A stretch of DNA of 64,000 nt from an uncultured Actinomycetota bacterium (GTDB taxonomy: Bacteria > Actinomycetota > Actinomycetes > Propionibacteriales > Nocardioidaceae), in NCBI GenBank assembly GCA_963766035.1, contig CAVXYP010000014.1, forward strand, positions 59,584 through 123,583. The letters run 5' to 3'. The notes under the pieces are model-generated. The model saw nothing but the letters and a program-made list of their open reading frames with translations. It searched no databases and was not told where the DNA came from. Within the stretch, counting starts at the first letter, position 1. The number at the start of each line of letters is the position of its first letter. Below are positions 38,388 through 50,635 of this stretch, one piece after another. A program made the translations under genes and the position numbers.

Positions 38388-41327
38388 GTGGCCGACCAGC
38401 TGATCATTCGCGGTGCCCGCGAGCACAACCTGAAGGACGTCTCGCTCGACCTGCCCCGCGACTCCCTCATCGTCTTCACCGGGCTCTCCGGCTCCGGGAA
38501 GTCGAGCCTGGCGTTCGACACGATCTTCGCCGAGGGCCAGCGCCGCTACGTGGAGTCCCTGTCGGCCTACGCCCGCCAGTTCCTCGGCCAGATGGACAAG
38601 CCCGACGTCGACTTCATCGAGGGCCTCTCGCCCGCGGTGTCGATCGACCAGAAGTCCACGTCCAAGAACCCGCGCTCGACGGTCGGCACGATCACCGAGG
38701 TCTACGACTACCTCCGGCTGCTCTACGCCCGCGCCGGCCGCCCGCACTGCCCGACCTGCGGCGCCCCGATCGAGCGGCAGACCCCGCAGCAGATCGTCGA
38801 CCGGGTGCTCGCACTGGAGGAGGGGCGCCGGTTCCAGGTGCTCGCCCCCGTGATCCGCGGCCGCAAGGGCGAGTTCGTCGACCTGTTCCGACAGCTGCAG
38901 ACCCAGGGCTTCAGCCGGGCCCGCGTCGACGGAGAGATCCACAACCTCGACGACCCTCCGAAGCTCGACAAGAAGGTCAAGCACACGGTCGAGGTCGTCG
39001 TCGACCGGTTGGCGGTCAAGGCGACCGCCAAGCGACGCCTCACCGACTCGGTCGAGACCGCGCTCAACCTCGCCAGCGGTCTTGTGGTGCTCGACTTCGT
39101 CGACCTCCCTGAGAAGGACCCGCACCGCGAGATGCGGTTCAGCGAGAAGATGGCGTGCCCCAACGAGCACCCGATCGACACCGACGAGCTCGAGCCGAGG
39201 TCGTTCTCCTTCAACTCCCCGTTCGGCGCCTGCCCCGCCTGCACCGGCCTCGGCACCCGGATGGAGGTCGACCCGGAGCTGGTCGTCCCCGACCCCAGCG
39301 CGACCCTGGCCGAGGGCGCGCTCCAGCCGTGGAGCCACGCGCACGTCGCCGACTACTTCGGGAAGCTGGTCCAGGCCCTCGGCGAGGAGCTCGGGTTCGA
39401 CATGGACACGCCGTGGGAGCGGCTCCCGGTCAAGGCCCGCAGCGCGGTCCTCGACGGCCACCCGACCAAGGTCCACGTCGTCACCCGCAACCGCTACGGC
39501 CGTCAGCGGTCCTACTACGCCGACTTCGAAGGCGTCCGCTCCTACATCGAGCGCCGGCACCGCGAGGCCGAGAGCGACGTCAGCCGCGAGCGGTTCGAGG
39601 GCTTCATGCGCGAGGTCCCGTGCCCCGTGTGTGGGGGGTCGCGGCTCAAGCCGGTGTCGATGTCGGTCACCCTCGGTGACAAGGACGCGGGCGGCAAGAA
39701 CATCGCCGAGGTCTGCGCAATGCCGATCAACGAGTCCGCCGACTACCTGCGCAACGTCGATCTCTCGGCGCGTGAGCGTCAGATCGGCGAGCGGGTTCTC
39801 AAGGAGATCCAGGAGCGACTGCAGTTCCTGCTCGACGTCGGGCTCGACTACCTGAGCCTGGACCGGCCGTCCGGGTCGCTCTCGGGCGGCGAGGCGCAGC
39901 GGATCCGGCTCGCGACCCAGATCGGCGCCGGCCTGGTCGGCGTTCTCTATGTCCTCGACGAACCGTCGATCGGCCTCCACCAGCGCGACAACCAGAAGCT
40001 GATCGAGACCCTGCTCCGGCTGAAGGACCTCGGCAACACCCTGATCGTGGTCGAGCACGACGAGGAGACGATCCGGGTCGCCGACTGGGTGGTCGACATC
40101 GGGCCCGGTGCCGGTGAGCACGGCGGCCAGGTCGTCCACTCCGGCACGGTCAAGGGACTGCTCGAGCACCCCGACTCGATGACAGGCGAGTACCTCTCCG
40201 GTCGCCGCGAGATCCCGGTGCCGGCGATCCGCCGCCCACGCACCGTAGGCCGCGAGCTCAGGATCCACGATGCTCGCGAGCACAACCTCAAGAACCTCGA
40301 CGTCAGCTTCCCGCTCGGGATGTTCGTCGCGATCACCGGCGTGTCCGGCTCCGGCAAGTCGACGCTCGTCAACGACATCCTCTACACGTCGCTCGCCAAG
40401 GAGCTCCACCGCGCGCGGACGATCCCCGGCCGGCACCAGAAGATCACCGGCATCGACAACGTCGACAAGGTGATCCACGTCGACCAGGGGCCGATCGGAC
40501 GGACTCCGCGCTCCAACCCGGCGACCTACACCGGGGTGTTCGACCACATCCGCAAGCTGTTCGCCTCCACGCCGGAGGCGAAGATCCGCGGCTACCAGCA
40601 GGGGCGGTTCTCGTTCAACGTCAAGGGTGGGCGGTGCGAGGCGTGCGCCGGCGACGGCACGATCAAGATCGAGATGAACTTCCTCCCGGACGTCTACGTC
40701 CCGTGCGAGGTCTGCCACGGCGCGCGCTACAACCGCGAGACGCTCGAGGTCCACTACAAGGGCAAGACCATCGCCGAGGTCCTCGACATGCCGATCGAGG
40801 AGGCGCTCGAGTTCTTCGGCGCGGTCCCGGCGATCGCGCGGCACATGAAGACCCTGGTGGAGGTGGGCCTCGGCTACGTCCGGCTCGGTCAGCCGGCGAC
40901 GACCCTGTCCGGCGGTGAGGCCCAGCGCGTCAAGCTCTCCACCGAGCTGCAGAAGCGATCCACCGGCCGCACCGTCTACGTCCTCGACGAACCGACCACG
41001 GGCTTGCACTTCGAGGACATCCGCAAGCTGCTCGGCGTGCTCTCCTCCCTGGTCGACAAGGGCAACACGGTCCTCGTGATCGAGCACAACCTGGACGTCG
41101 TCAAGACCGCCGACTGGATCGTCGACATGGGTCCCGAGGGGGGCTCGCGGGGCGGCACCGTCGTGGCCGAGGGTACGCCCGAGCAGATCGCCGCGACCCC
41201 GGGCAGCTTCACCGGCGACTTCCTCCGGCCGCTTCTCGAGGGCCGCGCCGCCGCCCAGCCGAAGCGCAAGCGAGCCGCCGCAGCGACCACGCGCACCACC
41301 AAGGCCCGGAGCACGGCCCGCCGCTGA
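38388..41327 (+). CDS. uvrA: excinuclease ABC subunit A
   Basis: 979 aa, GTG start. Two ABC modules ([25 protein letters not shown]) and zinc-finger Cys pairs. Confidence 0.97.
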   Translation: MADQLIIRGAREHNLKDVSLDLPRDSLIVFTGLSGSGKSSLAFDTIFAEGQRRYVESLSAYARQFLGQMDKPDVDFIEGLSPAVSIDQKSTSKNPRSTVGTITEVYDYLRLLYARAGRPHCPTCGAPIERQTPQQIVDRVLALEEGRRFQVLAPVIRGRKGEFVDLFRQLQTQGFSRARVDGEIHNLDDPPKLDKKVKHTVEVVVDRLAVKATAKRRLTDSVETALNLASGLVVLDFVDLPEKDPHREMRFSEKMACPNEHPIDTDELEPRSFSFNSPFGACPACTGLGTRMEVDPELVVPDPSATLAEGALQPWSHAHVADYFGKLVQALGEELGFDMDTPWERLPVKARSAVLDGHPTKVHVVTRNRYGRQRSYYADFEGVRSYIERRHREAESDVSRERFEGFMREVPCPVCGGSRLKPVSMSVTLGDKDAGGKNIAEVCAMPINESADYLRNVDLSARERQIGERVLKEIQERLQFLLDVGLDYLSLDRPSGSLSGGEAQRIRLATQIGAGLVGVLYVLDEPSIGLHQRDNQKLIETLLRLKDLGNTLIVVEHDEETIRVADWVVDIGPGAGEHGGQVVHSGTVKGLLEHPDSMTGEYLSGRREIPVPAIRRPRTVGRELRIHDAREHNLKNLDVSFPLGMFVAITGVSGSGKSTLVNDILYTSLAKELHRARTIPGRHQKITGIDNVDKVIHVDQGPIGRTPRSNPATYTGVFDHIRKLFASTPEAKIRGYQQGRFSFNVKGGRCEACAGDGTIKIEMNFLPDVYVPCEVCHGARYNRETLEVHYKGKTIAEVLDMPIEEALEFFGAVPAIARHMKTLVEVGLGYVRLGQPATTLSGGEAQRVKLSTELQKRSTGRTVYVLDEPTTGLHFEDIRKLLGVLSSLVDKGNTVLVIEHNLDVVKTADWIVDMGPEGGSRGGTVVAEGTPEQIAATPGSFTGDFLRPLLEGRAAAQPKRKRAAAATTRTTKARSTARR

Positions 41328-41388
41328 GGGTTGGCTGAAATTTCCAGCGGGTCTGAACCACACGCCCGCCGGATCCGTTAAGTCAGCC

Positions 41389-41907
41389 ATGACGATCAAG
41401 AGGTCCACCATCTCGAGGCGCCGGGCTCTGGCCGGCGTGGCGACCGCTGGCGTGAGCGTGCCGTTGCTGGCGGCGTGCGGCGACGACAGCAGCAAGTCAT
41501 CGTCCACCAAGACCGACACCCCGTCGGCCAACACCGAAACCTCGTCGACGGCCGGCCCGTCGTCGACGCCGACCAAGACAGGACCGACGGAGGAGTCTGA
41601 GACCGTCTCGGCCCCCGCGGCTGACGGGATCCCTACCTCGGACGTGCCGGTCGGCGGCGGCATCGTGGTCGCGGACGAGGAAGTCGTGATCACTCAGCCC
41701 AACGAGGGTGAGTTCAAGGCGTTCTCGTCCATCTGCACCCACATGGGGTGCCCGGTCACCTCCGTCGAGGACGGGTTCATCGCCTGCCCGTGCCACGGCA
41801 GCAGGTTCGCCATCGAGACCGGTGAACCGACGTCCGACAGCCTGGCGGCAGCCCCGCTCGCGGCTGTCGAGCTCACGATCTCCAGCGGCAGGATCATCCT
41901 CGGATGA
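41389..41907 (+). CDS. Tat-exported lipoprotein with C-terminal Rieske 2Fe-2S domain
   Basis: SRRRALAGVATAGVSVPLLAAC is a twin-arginine signal plus lipobox. An S/T/P-rich linker follows, then the Rieske motif CTHMGC...CPCHGS. Confidence 0.8.
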   Translation: MTIKRSTISRRRALAGVATAGVSVPLLAACGDDSSKSSSTKTDTPSANTETSSTAGPSSTPTKTGPTEESETVSAPAADGIPTSDVPVGGGIVVADEEVVITQPNEGEFKAFSSICTHMGCPVTSVEDGFIACPCHGSRFAIETGEPTSDSLAAAPLAAVELTISSGRIILG

Positions 41908-42009
41908 GCCGGATGCAGAAATGCCTGCAAGTCGCGAAAGCGCCTTGGGGCAAGAGTCGTTCCTGCTAGTTTTCGCTCCGTCACGCCACCGATCTCGGGA
42001 GTTTGCCCA

Positions 42010-42462
42010 GTGCTCAAGCGCATCTTGATCGTCGCACTGCTCGTTGCTGCGTGTCCCGTGGTGTTCGCCGCCGGCCCGTCGAATGCCTCAGCCACCTGCA
42101 CCGAAGGGACGTGGAACTTCCGCAAGGAGACGACGGGTGGGTGTGCCTACGGCCACGTCTTCGTCGAAGGTGTCGGCGCCAACGCGCACCTCGACACCAA
42201 CGTCACCGTTCACGACCACGCGGCCGACGTCGGCTGCGTGTACCTGCGTGTTCGCTGGATCCGAGCCGACGGTTCCATTGCTGCGACGGGGCGGCGAGGA
42301 GAAGCGTGCGTCTTCTACGACAATCCCGTGGCGGTCCAGGAGGACATCTACTTCAACGGCCACGCCGAGCTGAGATTTGCCGTGTGCCGCTCCGACGATG
42401 GAGCTGACACGTGCAGCAGCAACCGGACCTGGAACAAGCCGAGCATCGGGACGGGTGGCTGA
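42010..42462 (+). CDS. secreted Cys-rich protein, unknown function
   Basis: 150 aa, GTG start. Signal peptide MLKRILIVALLVAACPVVFAAGPSNASA. The mature part has 6 Cys. Preceded by a lower-GC 102-bp gap. Confidence 0.6.
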   Translation: MLKRILIVALLVAACPVVFAAGPSNASATCTEGTWNFRKETTGGCAYGHVFVEGVGANAHLDTNVTVHDHAADVGCVYLRVRWIRADGSIAATGRRGEACVFYDNPVAVQEDIYFNGHAELRFAVCRSDDGADTCSSNRTWNKPSIGTGG

Positions 42463-42466
42463 GAGG

Positions 42467-42898
42467 TTGAGCCGGCGAGGAGCGACGGTCGACCTGCTCG
42501 CCTCGCGGCGGATCGTCTTCCATGGACTCGGAGCGCTCGGCGTCGCTGCCGCGCTGGCAGGCTGCGCGGGCGGCGGTGACGACGGCGGTGAGGCCGAGGA
42601 CGTCGCGCCGGGGACCGAGCTGACGACCACCGACCAGGTCCCCGTCGGCGGCGGCATCGTGCTGGTCGACGACAAGGTCGTCGTGACCCAGCCGTCCGAG
42701 GGTGACTTCATGGCCTTCACCGCCGTCTGCACCCACCAGCACCTCTTGGTGGCCGAGGTGGCGAACGGGGTCATCCACTGCAACAACCACGGCAGCGAGT
42801 TCGACTTCGCGTCGGGGGAGGTGAGTCAGGGTCCGGCGGCCGAGCCCCTGGCCACCATCGCGATCAAGGTCGACGGCGACAAGATCGTCAAGGCGTAG
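42467..42898 (+). CDS. Tat-exported lipoprotein with variant Rieske domain (paralogue of 41389..41907)
   Basis: TTG 42467 with GAGAGG just upstream. SRRGATVDLLASRRIVFHGLGALGVAAALAGC is a Tat signal plus lipobox. Rieske ligands are retained (CTH...CNNH), but the two extra disulfide Cys of copy 1 are absent. Confidence 0.7.
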   Translation: MSRRGATVDLLASRRIVFHGLGALGVAAALAGCAGGGDDGGEAEDVAPGTELTTTDQVPVGGGIVLVDDKVVVTQPSEGDFMAFTAVCTHQHLLVAEVANGVIHCNNHGSEFDFASGEVSQGPAAEPLATIAIKVDGDKIVKA

Positions 42899-44177
42899 GG
42901 ATCGGCACGGCAGCCGAGCGCCAGCGCTCGTCACGCGGCGAGGGGCGCCGGTCGAGGCGGGCGTCGAGCAACAACCGGGCGTCGTCGTAGCGCTCGGCGC
43001 GGAGCAGCGCCGCGATCCGCGTCTCCTCGACGATCTCGCGCTGCGCGTCGGAGCCGCCGAGCCGCCAGCACACCGGCGCCAGCGCACCGAGCCGGTCGGC
43101 CGCCTCGGACGCGCGACCCGAGCCGAGCACCCACAGTGCGTCGGCCAGCGGGGCGACCACCTCGCGCTGGGCGGCGTGGAAGTGGCCCGCGCTGCGGGCG
43201 GCCAGTCGGCGGAGGCCGTCGAGGTCGTCGAGGGCCAACAGGGTCACTGCGGCGTGCATGCCGAGGAACGCGGTGGCCGGAGCCTCCAACCCGCCCCGCC
43301 CGGTCACCCGGGCGACCTCCTCGAGGTCGGGCACGTCCTCGGCGTCGGGGGTCAGCGCCCAGCGGTAGAGCATCGACCCCGTGTCGACGAGCGCCCGGCA
43401 GCCGACCGCGTGCCGGGGCTGGAGCTGGGTCTCGTAGCGACGCCGCACCGCGTCGAGGTCGCCGAGGGACAGCTCGTGCAGCGCGGCGTGCCAGGAGAAG
43501 TGGGTGAGGCTCTCGGTCTCCGAGCCCTCGCCGGTCACCCACGCGTCCATCCAGGCGAGACCCGCGACATGGTCGCCGGTCTCGTAGTGAGCATGAGACC
43601 GGGCGTGGGCGGCGTGCCCGGCAGTGGGGTCCGCGGCCAGTGCTTCGCACGAGAGCGTCATCGCGTCGTCGTACTGCCGCTGCTCCTGGCGCACGAACGC
43701 GAGCAGACCGAGGAACCACGGGTCTGCGCCGTACGACGGCGCCGCCCGCTCGACGATCGCCCATGCCTCGGCGGGCACCTCGGTCACACCGGCGAAGGCG
43801 ATCGTGGGCATCGCGACCGAGAGCAGCACGGCGTCGCGCGGGTAGGTCGTCAGGTGGGTGAGCAAGGGTCGGTGGTCACCCTGGAGGTGCCGGTCGACCG
43901 CGTGCACGTGGCTGCGCTCCCGCTCGCTCGCCCCGTCAGCGTGCCGCCGGGCGTCCGTGAGCCGGGACGCGATGTCGACGTCGACGCACATCTCGTGGCC
44001 GAGCAGCGCGAGGTCGGCGTGCGCGAGGGCGAACGTCGGGTCGTGCGCGAGCGATGCCGCGATCCTGACGTGAGCGTCGCGACGGAGGCGGAGCAGGTCG
44101 CGGACGCCGGCAACGTACGCCGCCGCTGCCGCGTCGCTCGTGGTCAGCGGATAGCCGTAGTCGTCCCGACAACCCAT
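42888..44177 (-). CDS. all-helical TPR-like protein (TTC38-family-like)
   Basis: 429 aa. The N-terminus DDYGYPLTTSDAAAAAYVAGVRDLL and the helical repeat composition support the call. Its 3' end overlaps the convergent Rieske gene by 11 nt. Confidence 0.55.
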   Translation of the reverse strand: MGCRDDYGYPLTTSDAAAAAYVAGVRDLLRLRRDAHVRIAASLAHDPTFALAHADLALLGHEMCVDVDIASRLTDARRHADGASERERSHVHAVDRHLQGDHRPLLTHLTTYPRDAVLLSVAMPTIAFAGVTEVPAEAWAIVERAAPSYGADPWFLGLLAFVRQEQRQYDDAMTLSCEALAADPTAGHAAHARSHAHYETGDHVAGLAWMDAWVTGEGSETESLTHFSWHAALHELSLGDLDAVRRRYETQLQPRHAVGCRALVDTGSMLYRWALTPDAEDVPDLEEVARVTGRGGLEAPATAFLGMHAAVTLLALDDLDGLRRLAARSAGHFHAAQREVVAPLADALWVLGSGRASEAADRLGALAPVCWRLGGSDAQREIVEETRIAALLRAERYDDARLLLDARLDRRPSPRDERWRSAAVPIPTP

Positions 44178-44240
44178 GGCAGCAGTCTCTCCCGAGAGGC
44201 CACCTCCGTCGACATCATCGGTGCGCGCGTCTCCCGTTCA

Positions 44241-44280
44241 CCGTGTCAACCGGTGTCAACCGGCGTCAGTCGGTGCCGGT
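44241..44280. repeat. four phased 10-bp units CCGTGTCAAC / CGGTGTCAAC / CGGCGTCAGT / CGGTGCCGGT upstream of uvrC
   Basis: Read directly. The units have one-helical-turn periodicity and end 16 nt before the uvrC GTG. Confidence 0.6.
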
Positions 44281-44295
44281 CCGTAGGGTGGAAGC

Positions 44296-46269
44296 GTGTC
44301 GCAGAGCTATCGCCCGAAGCCGGGCGAGATCCCCACGGAGCCGGGTGTCTATCGCTTCCGCGACAAGACGCGGCGGGTGATCTACGTCGGGAAGGCGAAG
44401 AACCTGCGGGCCCGGCTGTCGTCGTACTTCCAGGACATCGGCAACCTGCACCAGCGCACGGCGACGATGGTCGCGACCGCCGCGTCGGTGGAGTGGACGG
44501 TCGTCAAGACCGAGGTCGAGGCGCTGCAGCTGGAGTACTCCTGGATCAAGGAGTTCGATCCGCGCTTCAACGTGAAGTACCGCGACGACAAGTCCTACCC
44601 GTGGCTCGCGGTGACGGTCGGCGAAGAGTTCCCGCGGGTGATGGTCGGCCGCGGAGCCAAGCGCAAGGGCACCCGCTACTTCGGGCCCTACAGCCACGCG
44701 TGGGCGATCCGCGAGACCGTCGACATCCTGCTCCGGGTCTTCCCGATGCGGTCGTGCAGCAACGGCGTCTTCAAGCGATCGCAGCAGATCGGCCGGCCGT
44801 GCCTGCTCGGCTACATCGACAAGTGCGCTGCGCCCTGCGTCGGCAACGTGACCGAGGAGCAGCACCGCGCGATCGTCGACGACTTCTGCGAGTTCATGGC
44901 GGGCCGCACCAAGCCGTTCATCAAGCGCATCCAGCAGGAGATGTACGCCGCCAGCGAGGCGGAGGACTACGAGAGGGCAGCCCGGCTCCGCGACGACCTG
45001 GGTGCGATGCAGAAGGCGCTGGAGAAGCAGGCCGTGGTGCTCGGCGACGGTGCCGACGCCGACGTGATCGCGTTGGCGGAGGACCCGCTCGAGGTCGCCG
45101 TCCAGGTGTTCTACGTTCGCGGCGGCCGGGTCCGCGGCCAACGCGGCTGGGTGGCCGACCGCACCGACGACGCCGACACCTCCGAGCTGGTCGAGACCTT
45201 CCTGCTTCAGCTCTATGCCGGCGAGCCCGAAGCGGTGCCCAAGGAGATCCTGGTGCCCCAGCTCCCGCCGGACCGGGCGACGTTCGAGCAGCTGCTCAGC
45301 GACCTCCGCGGGACCAAGGTGGCGATCCGGGTGCCCCAGCGTGGCGACAAGAAGTCGCTGCAGGAGAGCGTCGCCCGCAACGCGAAGGAGTCGCTCGCGC
45401 TGCACAAGACCAAGCGGGCCAGCGACCTGACCACCCGCAACCAGGCGCTGGCCGAGATCGCCGACGCGCTCGGGCTCGAGGAAGCACCGCTGCGGATCGA
45501 GTGCTACGACGTGTCCCACATCCAGGGCACCGAGATCGTCGCGTCGATGGTGGTGTTCGAGGACGGGCTCGCGCGCAAGGGGGAGTACCGCCGGTTCGTC
45601 ATCCGCGGTCTGGAAACAACTGCGGGGTCCGACAACATTGATGACACGGCGGCGATGCACGAGGTGATCACCCGCCGCTTCCGACGGCTGCTGGACGAAC
45701 AGGCAAGGTCGGAGGAGCGGATGGGGGAGGACGGTCCGATGCTGGTCGACCCCGACACCGGTCGGCCGCGGAAGTTCGCCTACGCCCCCGGGCTGGTCGT
45801 GGTCGACGGCGGCGCTCCGCAAGTTGCCGCCGCCCAGCGGGCGCTCGACGAGCTCGGCATCGACGACATCCCGGTCTGCGGCCTCGCGAAGCGGCTCGAG
45901 GAGGTGTGGCTGCCGGCCAGGACCGGCCGGGCCGACGACCCGGTCATCCTGCCGCGCAGCTCGGAGGGGCTCTACCTCCTCCAGCGGGTGCGCGACGAGG
46001 CCCACCGGTTCGCGATCGCCCACCACCGCGGGCGCCGGTCGAAGTCGATGGTCGAGAGCCTGCTCGACGACGTACCCGGGCTCGGGGAGGTGCGGCGCAA
46101 GACGCTGCTGCGCCACTTCGGGTCGCTGAAGAAGCTCCGGGAGGCGGAAGTCGACGAGATCGCCCTCGTCCCGGGCATCGGCCCGCGCACCGCGGAGGCG
46201 ATCAAGGCTGCCGTCGCGGCGGGGGACGCGACACGCACCCGCGAGACACGGAAGACTACGGCGACATGA
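44296..46269 (+). CDS. uvrC: excinuclease ABC subunit C
   Basis: 657 aa. GIY-YIG motif ([24 protein letters not shown]), a UVR domain and a C-terminal HhH. Confidence 0.97.
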   Translation: MSQSYRPKPGEIPTEPGVYRFRDKTRRVIYVGKAKNLRARLSSYFQDIGNLHQRTATMVATAASVEWTVVKTEVEALQLEYSWIKEFDPRFNVKYRDDKSYPWLAVTVGEEFPRVMVGRGAKRKGTRYFGPYSHAWAIRETVDILLRVFPMRSCSNGVFKRSQQIGRPCLLGYIDKCAAPCVGNVTEEQHRAIVDDFCEFMAGRTKPFIKRIQQEMYAASEAEDYERAARLRDDLGAMQKALEKQAVVLGDGADADVIALAEDPLEVAVQVFYVRGGRVRGQRGWVADRTDDADTSELVETFLLQLYAGEPEAVPKEILVPQLPPDRATFEQLLSDLRGTKVAIRVPQRGDKKSLQESVARNAKESLALHKTKRASDLTTRNQALAEIADALGLEEAPLRIECYDVSHIQGTEIVASMVVFEDGLARKGEYRRFVIRGLETTAGSDNIDDTAAMHEVITRRFRRLLDEQARSEERMGEDGPMLVDPDTGRPRKFAYAPGLVVVDGGAPQVAAAQRALDELGIDDIPVCGLAKRLEEVWLPARTGRADDPVILPRSSEGLYLLQRVRDEAHRFAIAHHRGRRSKSMVESLLDDVPGLGEVRRKTLLRHFGSLKKLREAEVDEIALVPGIGPRTAEAIKAAVAAGDATRTRETRKTTAT

Positions 46270-47147
46270 CTGCCGGACCGACCCTCCCGCCGCCGGGAGA
46301 GCTGGTGGTGGTCACCGGGATGACCGGTGCCGGCCGGAGCACCGCGGCCAAGGAGCTCGAAGACCTGGGTTTCTACGTCGTCGACAACCTGCCGCCCAAC
46401 CTGCTCCCGGCCGTGGTTCGGCTGGTCGACGAGAGCCAGGGGCGCACCCAGCCGGTCGCTGTCGTCGTCGACGTCCGGTCCGGCTCGTTCTTCCAGGGCC
46501 TCCGCAGTGCGTTGGCGCACGGCGTCACCGGCCGCGACACCACCTTGGTCTTCCTCGACGCGACCGACGAGGTCCTGGTGCGCCGGCAGGAAGCCGCCCG
46601 CCGGCCGCACCCGCTCCAGGAGGGCGGCCGGCTGCTCGACGGACTGGAGCGCGAGCGGGTGGTGCTGGCCGACCTGCGGGGCGACGCGGACCTGGTCATC
46701 GACACCACCAACCTCAACGTGCACCAGCTCACCGACCGGATCGCGGAGTCGTTCGGCACACCGGAGACGATGCGGCTGCGGGTGACCACGATCAGCTTCG
46801 GCTTCAAGTACGGCATCCCGGCCGACGCCGACTACGTCGCCGACATGCGCTTCCTGCCCAACCCGCACTGGGTGCCGGAGCTCCGGGCGCACACCGGCCG
46901 TGACCAGGACGTCGCCGACTATGTCCTCGGCCGGCCGGGCGCGGAGGAGTTCCTCGACCAGTTCGTGCCGCTCCTGACGGGTGTGGCCGAGGGCTACCTC
47001 CGCGAGGGCAAGCGCTTCATGCGAGTCGCGATCGGGTGCACCGGCGGGAAGCACCGCAGCGTTGCGATGAGCGAGGAGGTCGCCCGGCGGATGCAGGAGC
47101 GCGGCTACGTCGCCCGGGCCCTCCACCGGGACCTGGGGCGAGAGTGA
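46266..47147 (+). CDS. rapZ: RNase adapter / nucleotide-binding protein RapZ
   Basis: The ATG overlaps the uvrC stop (ATGA). P-loop [11 protein letters not shown] and C-terminal CTGGKHRSV. Confidence 0.93.
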   Translation: MTAGPTLPPPGELVVVTGMTGAGRSTAAKELEDLGFYVVDNLPPNLLPAVVRLVDESQGRTQPVAVVVDVRSGSFFQGLRSALAHGVTGRDTTLVFLDATDEVLVRRQEAARRPHPLQEGGRLLDGLERERVVLADLRGDADLVIDTTNLNVHQLTDRIAESFGTPETMRLRVTTISFGFKYGIPADADYVADMRFLPNPHWVPELRAHTGRDQDVADYVLGRPGAEEFLDQFVPLLTGVAEGYLREGKRFMRVAIGCTGGKHRSVAMSEEVARRMQERGYVARALHRDLGRE

Positions 47148-48151
47148 CGCAGCGAAGATCGACACCTCGTCCCCACCGACCGCCCCCTGCCCATGAACGG
47201 GCGCAGGCGGTCGTCGCTCTCGGGGGCGGGCACGGTCTGCACGCCTCCCTGACCGCACTGCGGATGCTGGTCGACGACCTCACGGTCGACGAGCTCACGG
47301 CCGTCGTGACGGTCGCCGACAACGGCGGCTCGTCGGGACGGCTGAGGGGCGAGTTCGGCGTGCTCCCGCCCGGCGACCTGAGGATGGCTCTCGCAGCCCT
47401 GTGTGGTGACGACGAGTGGGGCGACACCTGGGCCCGGGTGCTGCAACACCGGTTCGAGGGCGACGGGGAGATGCGCGGGCACGTGGTCGGCAACCTGCTC
47501 ATCGTGGGTCTGTGGGAGCTGCTGGGTGACGACGTCGACGCTCTCGACTGGGTCGGCCGGTTGCTCGGCGCCAAGGGTCGGGTGCTGCCGATGGCGATGA
47601 CGCCGATGGACATCACGGCCGAGGTTCGGGGGCTGGCCGACGACCCGGACCAGCTGACGGTGGTCAGAGGGCAGGTGGAGGTCGCGACGACCGACGGTGT
47701 CATCGCTGAGGTCGTCCTCGAACCGCCCGACCCCGCCGTGAGCCCGGCCGCGCTGACGGCGATCGACGAGGCGGACTGGGCGGTGCTCGGTCCGGGATCG
47801 TGGTTCACCTCGGTGATCCCGCACCTGCTGGTGCCGCAGCTGCGCGATGCGCTGGTCGCGACCGAGGCCCGGCTGATCGTCGTCCTCAACCTCGCCGAGC
47901 AGCAGGGCGAGACCGGGGGCTTCGGTCCGGCCGACCACCTGGCCGTGCTCGCCGAGCACGCGCCCGACCTCGTCGTCCACACCGTCCTCGCCGACCGGGA
48001 GAGTGTCGGCGACGACGCCGAGGAGCTGCTGGCGGTGGTCAGCGCCCTCGGCGCGAGGCTGGTGATCGACGACGTGGCGATGGGTGACGGCACCCCGCGG
48101 CACGACCCCGCGCTGCTCGCGGCCGCATACGCCCGCATCATGCAGAGTTGA
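47144..48151 (+). CDS. yvcK: YvcK/CuvA-family (CofD-like) gluconeogenesis factor
   Basis: The GTG overlaps the rapZ stop (GTGA). VALGGGHGL...[11 protein letters not shown] motifs. Confidence 0.88.
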   Translation: MTQRRSTPRPHRPPPAHERAQAVVALGGGHGLHASLTALRMLVDDLTVDELTAVVTVADNGGSSGRLRGEFGVLPPGDLRMALAALCGDDEWGDTWARVLQHRFEGDGEMRGHVVGNLLIVGLWELLGDDVDALDWVGRLLGAKGRVLPMAMTPMDITAEVRGLADDPDQLTVVRGQVEVATTDGVIAEVVLEPPDPAVSPAALTAIDEADWAVLGPGSWFTSVIPHLLVPQLRDALVATEARLIVVLNLAEQQGETGGFGPADHLAVLAEHAPDLVVHTVLADRESVGDDAEELLAVVSALGARLVIDDVAMGDGTPRHDPALLAAAYARIMQS

Positions 48152-48222
48152 GTTGGCCGACCGCGACTCCGGGCGCGCGCGTGGCTCGATCGGTAATTGA
48201 CCGACGTGGCAGGATCAGCCCT

Positions 48223-49206
48223 ATGGCGATGACGGCTCAGGTCAAGGCGGAACTGGCCAGCACCCCGGTCACCAAGGCGTGTTGTCGCAAGGCTGAGGTC
48301 GCCTCGACGCTGCGGTTCGCAGGTGGCCTGCACATCGTCGCCGGCCGGATCGTCGTCGAGGCCGAGCTGGACACCGGAGCGGCCGCGCGGCGGCTCCGGC
48401 GGGACATCGCGGAGATGTACGGCCAGTCGTCCGACGTGGTGATGGTGCAGGGCAACGGCATCCGCAAGGGCAGCCGTTACATCGTGCGCGTCGTCAAGGA
48501 CGGCGAGGCGCTGGCCCGTCAGACCGGGCTGCTCGACCAGCGCGGTCGCCCGGTCCGCGGGCTCCCGCCGGCCGTGGTCTCCGGCGGCGGGTGCGACGCG
48601 GTCGCCGCCTGGCGGGGTGCCTTCCTGGCGCACGGCTCGCTCACCGAGCCCGGTCGCTCGTCCTCCCTCGAGGTCACCTGCCCGGGGTCCGAGGCGGCAC
48701 TCGCCCTCGTCGGCGTCGCCCGTCGGCTCGGGATCCAGGCGAAGGCCCGCGAGGTCCGCGGCGTCGACCGGGTGGTCATCCGCGACGGCGACGCGATCGG
48801 CCAGCTGCTGACCCGGCTCGGCGCTCACGAGACGCTGATGGCCTGGGAGGAGCGCCGGATGCGGCGCGAGGTGCGGGCCACCGCCAACCGGCTCGCGAAT
48901 TTCGACGACGCCAACCTGCGCCGATCAGCCCGGGCGGCGGTGACCGCGGGCGCCCGGGTCGAGCGGGCGATGGAGATCCTCGGCGACGAGGTGCCCGACC
49001 ACCTGCGGATGGCGGGTCGGCTCCGGCTGGAGCACAAGCAGGCCTCGTTGGAGGAGCTCGGCCAGCTGCACGAGCCGGTGCTGACGAAGGACGCGATCGC
49101 CGGCCGGATCCGCCGGCTGCTCGCCATGGCCGACAAGCGCGCCGAGGACCTCGGGGTTCCCGACACCGAGGCGTCGCTGACGCCCGAGATGCTCGCCGAG
49201 TCCTGA
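48223..49206 (+). CDS. whiA: DNA-binding sporulation/cell-division regulator WhiA
   Basis: [26 protein letters not shown]... is collinear with Streptomyces WhiA through to the C-terminal HTH. The region upstream of 48223 has poor GC3. Confidence 0.93.
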   Translation: MAMTAQVKAELASTPVTKACCRKAEVASTLRFAGGLHIVAGRIVVEAELDTGAAARRLRRDIAEMYGQSSDVVMVQGNGIRKGSRYIVRVVKDGEALARQTGLLDQRGRPVRGLPPAVVSGGGCDAVAAWRGAFLAHGSLTEPGRSSSLEVTCPGSEAALALVGVARRLGIQAKAREVRGVDRVVIRDGDAIGQLLTRLGAHETLMAWEERRMRREVRATANRLANFDDANLRRSARAAVTAGARVERAMEILGDEVPDHLRMAGRLRLEHKQASLEELGQLHEPVLTKDAIAGRIRRLLAMADKRAEDLGVPDTEASLTPEMLAES

Positions 49207-49270
49207 TCCGGCGTTCACCTGCGGTGACCGGCCCCTTGTCTCCCAGCGCGGGGCGGAGCATCGTGGGCAC

Positions 49271-49456
49271 ATGCAGGCGAACGTGGGCGACCGACTGGTC
49301 GTGGAGGGCAGGACCGACTCGATGCACCGGCGCGAGGCCGAGGTGCTGGAGGTGCGCGGAGAGAACGGCGCACCGCCGTACCTCGTCCGCTGGGAGGACG
49401 GCCACGAGGCCCTGACGTTCCCCGGTGCGGACGCGCACGTCGTACCGGCGTCCTGA
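49271..49456 (+). CDS. DUF1918 domain protein
   Basis: 61 aa, MQANVGDRLVVEG...PPYLVRWEDGHEALTFPG. Confidence 0.75.
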   Translation: MQANVGDRLVVEGRTDSMHRREAEVLEVRGENGAPPYLVRWEDGHEALTFPGADAHVVPAS

Positions 49457-49545
49457 GGGCCGCCCGACGCCGGTGACCGTTGTTACCGGGACGTACGGCG
49501 GGACTGTCCGGTGGCGTGCCCGGAGCCGCTTGTAGGGTGGTCGAC

Positions 49546-50618
<1,073 letters not shown>

Positions 50619-50635
50619 CGGTCGGGCCGACCAAT

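Noticed and set aside
38347-41348. AAATTT-centred motifs flanking uvrA in inverted orientation (GGCAAATTTCGGCT at 38347-38360 and GGCTGAAATTTCCAGC at 41333-41348)
   Set aside because: There are only two short, imperfect copies. AAATTT is rare in this GC-rich DNA, but about one chance occurrence per window is plausible. There is no evidence that the two form a functional pair.
38337-41693. 1118-aa minus-strand ORF opposite uvrA, and similar long shadow ORFs (1164..2348+, 25924..28161+, 43176..45641+, 44266..46116-, 45972..47258-, 47017..48828-, 50567..53278-, 54274..56157+)
   Set aside because: These are typical high-GC antisense or off-frame open frames. They have Arg/Gly/Pro/Asp-rich low-complexity translations and no motifs, and each fully overlaps a gene with unambiguous homology.
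48148-48222. TTG 48148 (TTGA overlap with the yvcK stop) as the whiA start
   Set aside because: GC3 of these 25 codons is well below the coding norm, and the conserved WhiA N-terminus MAMTA... begins at 48223 with its own AGGA.
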